Source of the DNA: an archaeon
GTDB lineage: Archaea > Nanobdellota > Nanobdellia > Pacearchaeales > GW2011-AR1
Assembly (NCBI GenBank): GCA_030605415.1
Contig: JAUWIJ010000001.1
Coordinates: 91,514 to 155,513, forward strand
Length of the DNA stretch: 64,000 nt
Direction: 5' to 3'
Positions within the stretch are counted from its first letter, which is position 1; each line of letters starts with the position of its first letter. The notes below the pieces were generated by a model. It was not told where the DNA came from and did no database searches. It saw only the letters and a list, made by a program, of their open reading frames with translations. Position numbers and translations under genes: made by a program. This document shows positions 37,523-46,467 of this stretch, one piece after another.

Positions 37523-38413
37523 ATGGTAGAAATTAAAGAAATTGAAAAAGGTAGTAAGAGATATTTTTATCTTGTGCATAGTTATAGGGAAGGAAAATCT
37601 GTAAAAAAGAAACAACTTTATTTGGGAGAGAAACTCCCTAAAGATATTGAAGCAAAGAAAAAAAAGTTCATGCAGGAATTTTACAAAGAGAAATTTTTAG
37701 TAGATATTGATAATCTAAGGAAGAATTTTAATAAAGAGTATAACGCAATGCCTGTTTCTGCTAAGAAAAAATCCAAAAATAATTTTGCAGTTAAGTTTAC
37801 TTATAATACTCAGAAGATTGAAGGAAGTACGCTTTCGTTAAAGGATACCGCCAGACTGCTCGATGAAGGGATAACTCCTTCGTCAAAACCGATTAGGGAT
37901 ATAAAAGAAGCAGAGACACATAAAAAAGTTTTTTTTGAAATGATAGATTATGATAAAAATTTAAACTTACAGGTTGTTCTGAAATGGCATAATGAACTTA
38001 TGAGCCAGACCGCAAAAGATATTGCAGGAAAAACCAGAAATCACAATGTCGCAATTTCTCAATCAAAATTTAAACCACCGATGCATATTGAAATAGATTT
38101 TTTACTAAAAGAATTTTTTGATTGGTATCACAAAGAAAAGAAAATCACGCATCCAGTTGAGTTAGCCGCTTTGGTTCATTTGAAATTTGTGACTATTCAT
38201 CCTTTCACCGACGGAAACGGCAGAATCTCAAGATTAATGATGAACTTTGTTTTAAAGAAATTTAATTTTCCTATGTTAAATATACCTTATACGAAGAAAA
38301 ATAGTTATTATAACGCCTTAGAAAGATCACAAGTCAATGAAGATGAAAATATTTTTATCCAATGGTTTTTTAGGAGATATTTAGCAGAATATAAAAGGTA
38401 TTTTAAAAAATGA
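37523..38413 (+). CDS. Fic family protein (AMPylase motif)
   Basis: HPFTDGNGRISR canonical Fic motif; FTYNTQKIEGSTL N-terminal Fic helix. Confidence 0.92.
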   Translation: MVEIKEIEKGSKRYFYLVHSYREGKSVKKKQLYLGEKLPKDIEAKKKKFMQEFYKEKFLVDIDNLRKNFNKEYNAMPVSAKKKSKNNFAVKFTYNTQKIEGSTLSLKDTARLLDEGITPSSKPIRDIKEAETHKKVFFEMIDYDKNLNLQVVLKWHNELMSQTAKDIAGKTRNHNVAISQSKFKPPMHIEIDFLLKEFFDWYHKEKKITHPVELAALVHLKFVTIHPFTDGNGRISRLMMNFVLKKFNFPMLNIPYTKKNSYYNALERSQVNEDENIFIQWFFRRYLAEYKRYFKK

Positions 38414-38515
38414 GAATGGAAGATAGGTTAAACTCCTAAACAGCCTCCCTACGTTCTTCTTCCACAGAATCTTCTCGCGTAGGAAAATTTATAACTTGTC
38501 CATTCTTGTCAGATT

Positions 38516-39367
38516 TTATTTCTTCTCTCTTTCTCGAATTGCACCAACTGCTTCTTTAACAACCGTATCTGCTATTCCAGAAAGCATCTTGATTTGCTCT
38601 GCTCTTTTTGTGAGTTCAACCTTTTTCATTTTGATTCCTGCAAAATATTCCACCGATTCGTCTGTATCTAAACTGTCCGGAATAATTTTCTTTTCTAATT
38701 CTTTTTCTTCTTTAGACAGAGCTTCCATATCTACACGATATGCAGATTGCAACGTCTCCAGAGATTTATGTGTCTCAGTTATAAATTTAGCAGAACCATA
38801 CTTACTAATCGCCCCAAGTGTTTTCCCTTGTGCATATCTTATATCAATATCACAAACTTCTTTGGGAAACATTGCAATAACTCCCCTCATCCATTCCGGA
38901 GCCTTTTTTATTTGTTCGCTCACATAAGCCATTGGGTTTTCTTGAATTTTTTCAACTGTTTTTTTCGCCGTGTTAATTTTATCCATTACAATATTGTAGT
39001 CGTCTGAGCCTTTATGTTTCGACTCCGCCGTCGGGCAAAAACTATATACTATATTCGACATTTTAGTTTCTCCTAACTCTTTCGCTATCGGTTCAAGATG
39101 TTCAATTGCATATTCCCTTAATCCCTCGGCTACCTGCGCATATGCTCCTTTGTGACCAAGCGCTGTCATCTTGGGATGCACACCCTTCGTTGGAAACCCC
39201 GTAATATCCCTATATTTCTTAAGTCCCTCTTGAGTTTCAATATCCACTTCTCCTAAATCGTCAAGATATTCATCTACAGAAGTAAGTACTTTAGAATTAT
39301 ATTTAGGATTAACTTTCCCATTCTCTCCTATAACCCCCAGCCCCTTTACAATATTTTCTAATGTCAT
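38516..39367 (-). CDS. hypothetical protein
   Basis: 283-aa ORF with upstream TTTATAAA; no recognised motif. Confidence 0.6.
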   Translation of the reverse strand: MTLENIVKGLGVIGENGKVNPKYNSKVLTSVDEYLDDLGEVDIETQEGLKKYRDITGFPTKGVHPKMTALGHKGAYAQVAEGLREYAIEHLEPIAKELGETKMSNIVYSFCPTAESKHKGSDDYNIVMDKINTAKKTVEKIQENPMAYVSEQIKKAPEWMRGVIAMFPKEVCDIDIRYAQGKTLGAISKYGSAKFITETHKSLETLQSAYRVDMEALSKEEKELEKKIIPDSLDTDESVEYFAGIKMKKVELTKRAEQIKMLSGIADTVVKEAVGAIREREKK

Positions 39368-39440
39368 GATTTACATAGGCATTCAAAGTTTATAAAGCTT
39401 TCTCTCTGTTGTATCTTCCAAGAGGTAACAAAGTAAGCAA

Positions 39441-42080
39441 CTAATCAAAAATATTTTCTTTCTTCGGCTCTTCTGCAACCTCAATATTATCTTCTGAATT
39501 TTCCATCAAAACCTCTTCAACCACTTCAGGGTTTTCTAATTTATCTTTCGTTCCCTCGTCAGCATTCTTTATCTCTTCAATTTTCTTTTCAATCTCCTTC
39601 TTATTATCAAACGACTCAATTTGCAATTTTTCTGAGATTTGGGAGTTAGGTCCTGAGTCCTGAGTTCCTGCCTCGTCGGTAGTCGGTAGTCGGTTGCTCC
39701 CATTTCCCCTCTGAGTTCTGAGAGCGAAGCGGTCTGAGTTCTGAGTCGGCGTGCCCCAACCTGTCTCCCTTTTGTATTTGTGAGGGTATCTTATTGGAGT
39801 TCTGAGTTCTGAGTTCTGAGAGGATGAATCCTCACTCTCCAATTCACGAACCAATTCAGAAATTTCTTTCGCAACATCCGCATTCACAGAAATCGAATCA
39901 ATTCCACATTTAACTAAAAATTTTACCATCTCTTTTTTAGAACCCGCCTGCCCGCAGATTGAAGTTTCAACACCTTGCTTTTTACACTCTCGAATTACCC
40001 GCGAAATTTGTTTCAAAACCGCCCAATTCATTTCATCGTAAATATTTTGGACACCCTCATTACCTCTATCAATCGCCAACGTATATTGCGTTAAATCGTT
40101 CGTTCCAAAAGATATAAAATCAATTCCCTCGGCACATATATCTTTAATCATAATCGTTGCCGCTGGCGTTTCTATCATGACACCAAATTGGACATTATCA
40201 ATTTTCAGCTCATTAAATACTGCTCTTGTTTTCTTGACCTCATCAACCGAAATAATTTGCGGAAACATTATCCCGAATTTGTGTCCCTTATCTGCAAGTT
40301 CTTTAACCGCTAACAACTCGGCTTTCAAAATATCAGGATGCTTCAGTGAAAAACGAATTCCATGGTCGCCAAGCATCGGATTTTTTTCAATTTCTTTAGG
40401 TGCACCTTCCAGGTTCGCATACTCATCACTTCGAATATCAGAAGTTCTAACCCAGATTGGTTTACCGACAAAAGTCTCTGCTATTTTACCAAGTCCATCT
40501 TTTAACATTTTCTTATATTCATCTATCTTTTTTTCTTTTTCATAAGCAATCGGATGCTTGCCTGCCGATGCAATTAATCCTTCAATTCTTACCAATCCTA
40601 TCCCATCAGCCTTTGTTTTTGCAGCTCGCTCAGCAAACTGTGGAAGGTCAACCATAACCTTAATTTTTGTTTTTGTTTCAACAATTGGCAAAATCTCGAC
40701 CGATTTGTTTTCGGCTTTTCCTGCAAACACCTTTCCGTGAAACCCGTCTACCGTGATTTCATCACCTTCATGTAAAACATCAAGTGCATTTTGCGCACCA
40801 ACAATTGCTGGTATACCCATTTCTCTGGACACAATTGCCGCATGCGCCGTTACTCCGCCCTCCGATGTTACAATTGCCGCAGCTCTCTGCATCGTAACGA
40901 CCATATCAGGATTCGTCATTGTTGTCACCAAAATATCTCCCTGTTTAATTTTCCCAAGATCATCCATCGACTGAATTATTTTTACAACACCCGATGCAAC
41001 CCCCGGCGACGCCGCAACTCCTTCGGTCAATATTTGCCCATCCAAATCCGCCTCCTTTTCGCCAGATACCGATTTCTTAAGAGTCGTAATTGGCCTCGTT
41101 TGCAAAATATAAATATTCTCATCTTCAATTGAAAACTCTATATCCTGCGGTTTATCATAATGCTCTTCAAGTTTAATCGCATATTCAGCCAACTGTTTTA
41201 GCTCGTAAGTTTTCAAAACCCGACTGTTTGATTTCTCTGGCGTCAGTTGAATTGTCTTTGTTTGTCCCCCTGCGGTTCTGACAATCGCTAACTTTTTATC
41301 GGAAATTTTTTCATCTGTAATTTCCAAGTCCCTCGTTAGCACATACTGATCCGGTTTTATTTTCCCCGACACAATTCCCTCGCCCTGTCCGAAAACAGCT
41401 TCCATCAAAATTTCGTCATTATTCTTAATTGGATTCCGAGAAAATATTACACCCGACTTGTCAGAATTAATCATTTTTTGAATTATCACCGCAATACCAA
41501 CTAAATCATCGAAACCCTTTTTCCTTCGGTAAAAGATTGAACGTGCAGTAAAAATCGAGGCGAAACATTGCTTTACTTTTTGAATTAATTCAGAGTTCCC
41601 TTTTACATTAATAAAAGAATCTTGTTGCCCTGCGAAAGATGCATCGCCGAGGTCTTCTGCCGTCGCCGACGAACGAACCGAGACAAAAACTGGCTCCCGT
41701 GAAGATTTCAAAATTGCCAATGCTCCCGGCGAATTCTCAAGTCCGGTAAGGTCTATATTAAAATGGTCGTATGCTTCAAGAATCGCACCCTTCAAATCCT
41801 TCGACATGTCCGCACTAATTATTACCTCGCGAATTTCTCCAGCTTTTTTAGTAAGACCATCTGTATCATCAACATCTATTTTATTTAAAATCAATTTTAT
41901 TTCATCTTCAATTTTCGCTTCTTTAAGAAAATGATAAAACGCATCAGTTGTTATCACGAACGCCTGAGGCACCGGAAATTTCGAGTTAAACATCTCGCCC
42001 AAATTCGCCCCCTTGCCCCCCGCAAGATTCAGGTCTTTTTTAGAAAGATTCGAAAGCCACGCAATATATTTATCACTCAT
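39441..42080 (-). CDS. ppsA: phosphoenolpyruvate synthase with low-complexity C-terminal extension
   Basis: GGKGANLGEM, VRSSATAEDL..SFAGQQ, GGVTAHAAIVSREMG phospho-His, VRTSD, NPMLG, SFGTNDLTQY, ICGQ. Confidence 0.95.
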   Translation of the reverse strand: MSDKYIAWLSNLSKKDLNLAGGKGANLGEMFNSKFPVPQAFVITTDAFYHFLKEAKIEDEIKLILNKIDVDDTDGLTKKAGEIREVIISADMSKDLKGAILEAYDHFNIDLTGLENSPGALAILKSSREPVFVSVRSSATAEDLGDASFAGQQDSFINVKGNSELIQKVKQCFASIFTARSIFYRRKKGFDDLVGIAVIIQKMINSDKSGVIFSRNPIKNNDEILMEAVFGQGEGIVSGKIKPDQYVLTRDLEITDEKISDKKLAIVRTAGGQTKTIQLTPEKSNSRVLKTYELKQLAEYAIKLEEHYDKPQDIEFSIEDENIYILQTRPITTLKKSVSGEKEADLDGQILTEGVAASPGVASGVVKIIQSMDDLGKIKQGDILVTTMTNPDMVVTMQRAAAIVTSEGGVTAHAAIVSREMGIPAIVGAQNALDVLHEGDEITVDGFHGKVFAGKAENKSVEILPIVETKTKIKVMVDLPQFAERAAKTKADGIGLVRIEGLIASAGKHPIAYEKEKKIDEYKKMLKDGLGKIAETFVGKPIWVRTSDIRSDEYANLEGAPKEIEKNPMLGDHGIRFSLKHPDILKAELLAVKELADKGHKFGIMFPQIISVDEVKKTRAVFNELKIDNVQFGVMIETPAATIMIKDICAEGIDFISFGTNDLTQYTLAIDRGNEGVQNIYDEMNWAVLKQISRVIRECKKQGVETSICGQAGSKKEMVKFLVKCGIDSISVNADVAKEISELVRELESEDSSSQNSELRTPIRYPHKYKRETGWGTPTQNSDRFALRTQRGNGSNRLPTTDEAGTQDSGPNSQISEKLQIESFDNKKEIEKKIEEIKNADEGTKDKLENPEVVEEVLMENSEDNIEVAEEPKKENIFD
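39650..39822 (-). repeat. heptamer repeat element copy 3, in-frame inside ppsA
   Basis: (CAGAACT)n runs, GAGCGAAGCGGTC, CAGAACTCAGAGGGG and (CCGACTA)n; translated as SQNSELRT...TQNSDRFALRTQRG...TQDSG. Confidence 0.75.
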
Positions 42081-42244
42081 ATATTTTTTTAGAAGAAAGA
42101 ATATATAAAGATTTGTGTTGATTTGTTTAACTTGTGCAACTATAATTTTAAGAAATAAAAAAGAAGTGTAATATATATGTTTAAATATAGTATGTCAGAG
42201 TATATAGATTGGAACAAATAAAAAAAGTGGTTGGAATTTTTTGG

Positions 42245-42282
42245 AAAAGAGCCCCTGTGGAAGCGAGCTCTTTTTTGGTTGA
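42245..42282 (-). terminator. intrinsic-terminator-like hairpin, copy 1
   Basis: AAAAGAGC-CCCTGTGGAAGCGA-GCTCTTTTTT-GGTTGA, just downstream of the 42297 stop; near-identical to 42667-42706. Confidence 0.6.
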
Positions 42283-42296
42283 ATAGATTAAAAGAA

Positions 42297-42641
42297 TTAC
42301 CTTCTTCTTTTGTGAGCATTCCACATTCTGCCAAACATTTCCCATGAGATAACATCACATAAATATAATGCATTAAATGCGTCAAATGGAAATTTGGACC
42401 GATCTGCCATCCTGAAAAGTTCATCATCAGAAAAATCTTCAGTGCGAATAATTGTTTTTAAAAGAAGAATTGATCCACATTCTAAAAACATTTTCCTCAA
42501 GGTATCTTTATCGATTGAGTTTGCTTCTTCCTGAGAGATTTCTTGACAGAGGTTGTCTAACTCCTTTTGTTCCCCCGCCAAAACTTCCTGTCCAAAACTT
42601 CCTATAAGTAAAATTATCAAGACAATAATAACATTTTTCAT
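42297..42641 (-). CDS. hypothetical secreted protein
   Basis: MKNVIIVLIILLIGSFGQEVLA signal peptide; AAGGGG SD before ATG 42641 (ORF-track start 42668). Confidence 0.6.
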   Translation of the reverse strand: MKNVIIVLIILLIGSFGQEVLAGEQKELDNLCQEISQEEANSIDKDTLRKMFLECGSILLLKTIIRTEDFSDDELFRMADRSKFPFDAFNALYLCDVISWEMFGRMWNAHKRRR

Positions 42642-42666
42642 AATATCCCCTTTTATTTTTGATTTC

Positions 42667-42706
42667 AAAAAGAGCCCCTATGGGAGCGAGCTCTTTTTTT
42701 GGTTGA
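42667..42706 (-). terminator. intrinsic-terminator-like hairpin, copy 2
   Basis: AAAAAGAGC-CCCTATGGGAGCGA-GCTCTTTTTTT-GGTTGA, just downstream of the 42718 stop. Confidence 0.6.
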
Positions 42707-42717
42707 GTCAATCGGAT

Positions 42718-43077
42718 TTATTTTTCTGTCTTGGTTTTCAATTCGTTCAAAATTTCTTGTTTTATTTCTTTTCGCATATCTGCTATTTCTTGTTTTTTCT
42801 TCTCCTTTTCTCGTTTCTCCTTTTCAATTCTTTTTGCTTCTGAAGAATTTATCCCCTTGCCGGACATAAATGCAATCAATGCAGTTATAAAAAAGGAAAT
42901 AGCGATTACCCTACCAATCAATATACTGATTCCATTACTATGACTGTCTCCAATCCATAAATTTACTGCTATAATAAACAATATTATAGATGCAACAATC
43001 AATTTATTGCCAGTCTTCGTAAGCATCACCATTAATTTATTGCCAGTCTTCTTAAGCATATTATTTATCTCCATCAT
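42718..43077 (-). CDS. small membrane protein with C-terminal coiled coil
   Basis: Two TM helices, a KTGNKL repeat at the N-terminus and a charged helical tail. Confidence 0.6.
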   Translation of the reverse strand: MMEINNMLKKTGNKLMVMLTKTGNKLIVASIILFIIAVNLWIGDSHSNGISILIGRVIAISFFITALIAFMSGKGINSSEAKRIEKEKREKEKKKQEIADMRKEIKQEILNELKTKTEK

Positions 43078-43123
43078 AAAATTAATTAAAGATTAAGCTA
43101 AATATTTTTTTATCTACTTTACT

Positions 43124-43981
43124 TTATTTTCCTTCCCTCGGGATGAGACTCCTAATCATCCCGACAATAATCAACAGATAGCAACTGATAAAAAGTATCC
43201 GTGGATTTCCCATAATCATGTGTGCAAATTCAGGGAAAAAAATATAGTCAATCATTTCATATTCAATCAACTGGACAATAAATAATCCCAAAAAAATTCC
43301 CGCCCAAATAAACTTGGAAAACTTAAATTTAAGACGACAGAGTCCTGTTATAAATATAAGTAGCAGAACAACGGTATAGATTGGACAAACTACAAAGGGC
43401 AGTCCGTGATGTAAATAAGGACTAAAATCATCAACGTAGTTTTCAAGAAAAGTTGTTCCCAGTCGTTTATTGGAATTAACCCTATCTCTTGTTATAATCT
43501 TTCGAAAGTTTTCTTTCGCATTAATACTTGCAAAAGATAAATAAGATTTTTCAATTACGATTTTGTATGCTATGGTGGCGGTCTCGTATTTTCCCATTTT
43601 CTCTAATTTCTGGGCATGGGATAAAACCTTTTGGGCATTTATTTCGTAAATGCTCATTGTAACGACTAAAAATATAAACGTCAATCCTAACCCAATTCTA
43701 AGCCATGGGATTTTTCTTTTTGTGACATTTTTCTTCTTGGGAATTTTTTCTTTTTTCTCTTCTTTTAGAACGAGCCATTTATCGCAATGAGGACACTGCT
43801 TGACCCATGCCATAATTTCATTGTGACAATACGGACATTTTTTTGCTTCATTCAGTCTTTTTATAATCGGTTCATTAATTTCTTCCTTATCCTTGAGCCA
43901 CTCACCACAATGACAACATTTTTTTGCTACTTCTAAAATCTCTTCGCCACAAAATGGACAAGTTTTCGTATTTTCTGACAT
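43124..43981 (-). CDS. double zinc-ribbon membrane protein
   Basis: CPFCGEEILEVAKKCCHCGEWL and CPYCHNEIMAWVKQCPHCDKWL, a TM helix, a TPR-like segment and C-terminal TMs. GGAGGTGA SD. Confidence 0.75.
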   Translation of the reverse strand: MSENTKTCPFCGEEILEVAKKCCHCGEWLKDKEEINEPIIKRLNEAKKCPYCHNEIMAWVKQCPHCDKWLVLKEEKKEKIPKKKNVTKRKIPWLRIGLGLTFIFLVVTMSIYEINAQKVLSHAQKLEKMGKYETATIAYKIVIEKSYLSFASINAKENFRKIITRDRVNSNKRLGTTFLENYVDDFSPYLHHGLPFVVCPIYTVVLLLIFITGLCRLKFKFSKFIWAGIFLGLFIVQLIEYEMIDYIFFPEFAHMIMGNPRILFISCYLLIIVGMIRSLIPREGK

Positions 43982-43992
43982 AAAATCACCTC

Positions 43993-44613
43993 CTATCTGT
44001 TAGCTATATCAATGGTATTAAAGATATTAATCATTGCATCGCCTATATCGTCAGCAAAAGCAGTACCTTCTATTGCCCCAGAAATTTTCAAATATTCAAT
44101 TATTTTAGAAGCATTAAAAGGAGAACTCTCTTTGATGGCACTATATACTGACATATTTCTTCCATCTTTCTTAATAATTTTAATTTTATTTAGGAAATAT
44201 TTATAGTTATAGCACATGAAAGCTATGGCCATAACTGTAGTATTATTGAATAGAGTGGTATCTTTTAACTTAGGAAATTTTTTAAAAAGAAGGGAATTTG
44301 CAATATCCTCAAGTCTATTTCCATCAACGTGAAGCGAAGCTAGAGAATTAATTTTTGCATGCAAATTTTTATATTTTCTTTCTTCAATTTTCCGTTGTAT
44401 TTTTATGATTTTTGTAATAATATCTCCATTTCGTTTTCTCCAAGAGGTTTTCTTTTTCTCCTTCTCTTTATTGTTTTTCTTTTGGGCACGCATAATTCTT
44501 TCATTTGTGCCATCAAATTTATTTTTGAATTTTTCTATTTCCCAAAATATACCAGCATCAACATTCCCCACCGAAAATAGAATTATAACTACTGCGATAA
44601 TGAAATTTTTCAT
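43993..44613 (-). CDS. secreted protein, paralog of 44623-45468
   Basis: Signal peptide; C-terminal ~100 aa align by eye with the neighbour (KFP.L..T.LF...SVY.AI..SS.FNASK.I.YL.I.GA.EG.A.ADD.G.AMI.IFN.ID.A.R). Confidence 0.7.
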   Translation of the reverse strand: MKNFIIAVVIILFSVGNVDAGIFWEIEKFKNKFDGTNERIMRAQKKNNKEKEKKKTSWRKRNGDIITKIIKIQRKIEERKYKNLHAKINSLASLHVDGNRLEDIANSLLFKKFPKLKDTTLFNNTTVMAIAFMCYNYKYFLNKIKIIKKDGRNMSVYSAIKESSPFNASKIIEYLKISGAIEGTAFADDIGDAMINIFNTIDIANR

Positions 44614-44622
44614 AACCCCCCC

Positions 44623-45468
44623 CTATCTACTCGCTGCATCTATAGCATTAAATATACCAATCATCGCTCCGCCAACATCATCTGCAGAAGCAATTCCTTC
44701 CGTCGCCCCAGCAATCTGTAAATATTTAATTGTCTTAGAGGCATTAAAAGAAGAGCTACTTTCAATGGCACCATATACAGACATTCTCTTTCCGTTTTTT
44801 TGAATAATATTAACTTCACTTAAGAAAAATTTGGAGTCGTGACAGACTAATGCTGTTGCAGCTTCAGCAGGATCATCGAACAAACCAGTTCTTCCGAGTT
44901 CAGGAAATTTTCTAGAAAGTTTTTCGCTGGCAAGTTCGCCGAGCGTGATTCCGCCAATAGGGATTTTTGCAAGTGAATCAAATCCTGCGTTAACTCCTTT
45001 TTTCTTGGTGTCCCTAATTTTTTTACGAATTTCAATAATTGTAGATATAGTCTCGGTTGCTTTTCTGCGGGTCTCGGGATCCCGGATTCTGTTAAGAGTT
45101 TTGTTATAATTTTTCTTAACAGAATTATATATCTCCCTTCTTTTGTCGCGACCATTATCCCATTTTGTCTTCGCGCTAGAGGTTTTCTTTTTCACACTTT
45201 CACTAAATTTCCTACCTTTTTCTTTCACAATCTTGGCTTGACATCTAGCGCACTTAGTGCCAACATGAATAATTTTACCGCATTCAGAACACGTTCTCTC
45301 TCTCTGTTTCCAGTTCTCTTTTGCTCTTTGAGTTCCACTTCTCACTTTCTCCGTAGTATTTTTTACTCCATCTCTAAAGTTATTTAATTTATCTCGCCAG
45401 TCTGCATCGGCATTACTGGCGACGAGAGCGAATATAATTACTACGATTAGAAACCATTTTTTTAGCAT
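44623..45468 (-). CDS. secreted protein with CxxC...CxxC motif, paralog of 43993-44613
   Basis: Signal peptide, CSECGKIIHVGTKCARC, Lys/Arg-rich helix and the shared C-terminal domain. Confidence 0.7.
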   Translation of the reverse strand: MLKKWFLIVVIIFALVASNADADWRDKLNNFRDGVKNTTEKVRSGTQRAKENWKQRERTCSECGKIIHVGTKCARCQAKIVKEKGRKFSESVKKKTSSAKTKWDNGRDKRREIYNSVKKNYNKTLNRIRDPETRRKATETISTIIEIRKKIRDTKKKGVNAGFDSLAKIPIGGITLGELASEKLSRKFPELGRTGLFDDPAEAATALVCHDSKFFLSEVNIIQKNGKRMSVYGAIESSSSFNASKTIKYLQIAGATEGIASADDVGGAMIGIFNAIDAASR

Positions 45469-45689
45469 GCTCCCTCCCGCTCATATAGAGGTTGGTCTTG
45501 TGTGAATAACAAAATACTTCCGATTACTACCAAGAGCACTCCGATTACCACTCCTATGTCTGTCAGATGAGCAACTGCTCCCAGTATTATGATAAGAAAA
45601 CCCATTAGTTTTTTTAAGGGTTTCATAGTAATGGCTATAATAGATAAAGCCATCCCGATTATTACATATGCGTAGAATTCTGAAGCCAT
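45462..45689 (-). CDS. small hydrophobic membrane protein
   Basis: Three short hydrophobic segments; overlaps the downstream start; GGAAAACGAG precedes the ATG. Confidence 0.5.
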   Translation of the reverse strand: MASEFYAYVIIGMALSIIAITMKPLKKLMGFLIIILGAVAHLTDIGVVIGVLLVVIGSILLFTQDQPLYEREGAC

Positions 45690-45932
45690 CTCGTTTTCCT
45701 TTCATTTTTGAAGTTAAGGTCATTAATTATTTTTTTCGATTATTTCTTTTCCCTCCTTCGCAATCCTTACATAACTTTTTTCCGGGATTCTTTTCTCTTC
45801 CGCATCTACAAAAATTTCCTTTAAAATTCCCCGACGGCTTTGGTATCCGTGACATACTTCCTCCTTTCCGAAATAAATTTGTAAATTATTTTCTTTATTT
45901 TGAAAATACAGCAAGTTTTTCCGAGGTGAACA

Positions 45933-46181
45933 TTATTTATCCTTTCGCAAGCCTTTCTTTTTCAGAGATTTCTTACTCCTTTTTGTCTTGTCTATACCCC
46001 CAATTATGATATTTTCCCTTTTTTCTTTTCGTATACAGAGCCGACCGTTCGAACTATTTCTTTTACTCATGACGGATTTTCTCCTTTCAAAATAAATAAA
46101 TTTATTTTCCCCTGTATGCCTTGGTTTTATTAACAAATCTTTTACTATCTCTTTTCCTCTCCTTCCTCTTTTTTGTGCCAC
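45933..46181 (-). CDS. small basic hypothetical protein
   Basis: GTG start after AAAGGGGG; very K/R-rich. Confidence 0.35.
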   Translation of the reverse strand: MAQKRGRRGKEIVKDLLIKPRHTGENKFIYFERRKSVMSKRNSSNGRLCIRKEKRENIIIGGIDKTKRSKKSLKKKGLRKDK

Positions 46182-46467
46182 GATTTCCCCCTTTGTTTGA
46201 GTTATTCCATCAAATTCATATTTGAAATACCTCTCAATTAAGATATTTCAGTTTATATTCAAGAATTTTACACAGTTTTCTCTATTATTTTTTTCTTTTA
46301 AACTACCTATTCCGTGGAAAATTTTAGGTTTTCCGCTAGGTATTTTTCTTTTATCCACAATGTTTGTAATCTTTGGAGTGTCGTTAAATTCAGCATTTCT
46401 GTAAAAAATGACGAATTGTAGTCAGTTGTTATATATGGATTTTTGTTTTGTTTTTGTGTAAATGTGA

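Noticed and set aside
42140-42427. 95-aa minus-strand ORF
   Set aside because: It overlaps the 42297 gene out of frame and runs through the terminator hairpin.
42245-42706. Integron attC sites
   Set aside because: The hairpins lack the RYYYAAC...GTTRRRY box arrangement and there is no integrase in the window; they fit intrinsic terminators better.
45723-45914. 63-aa ORF in the island
   Set aside because: TTG start without a clear SD; a short ATG ORF just upstream in another frame suggests a possible decayed gene. Too weak to call.
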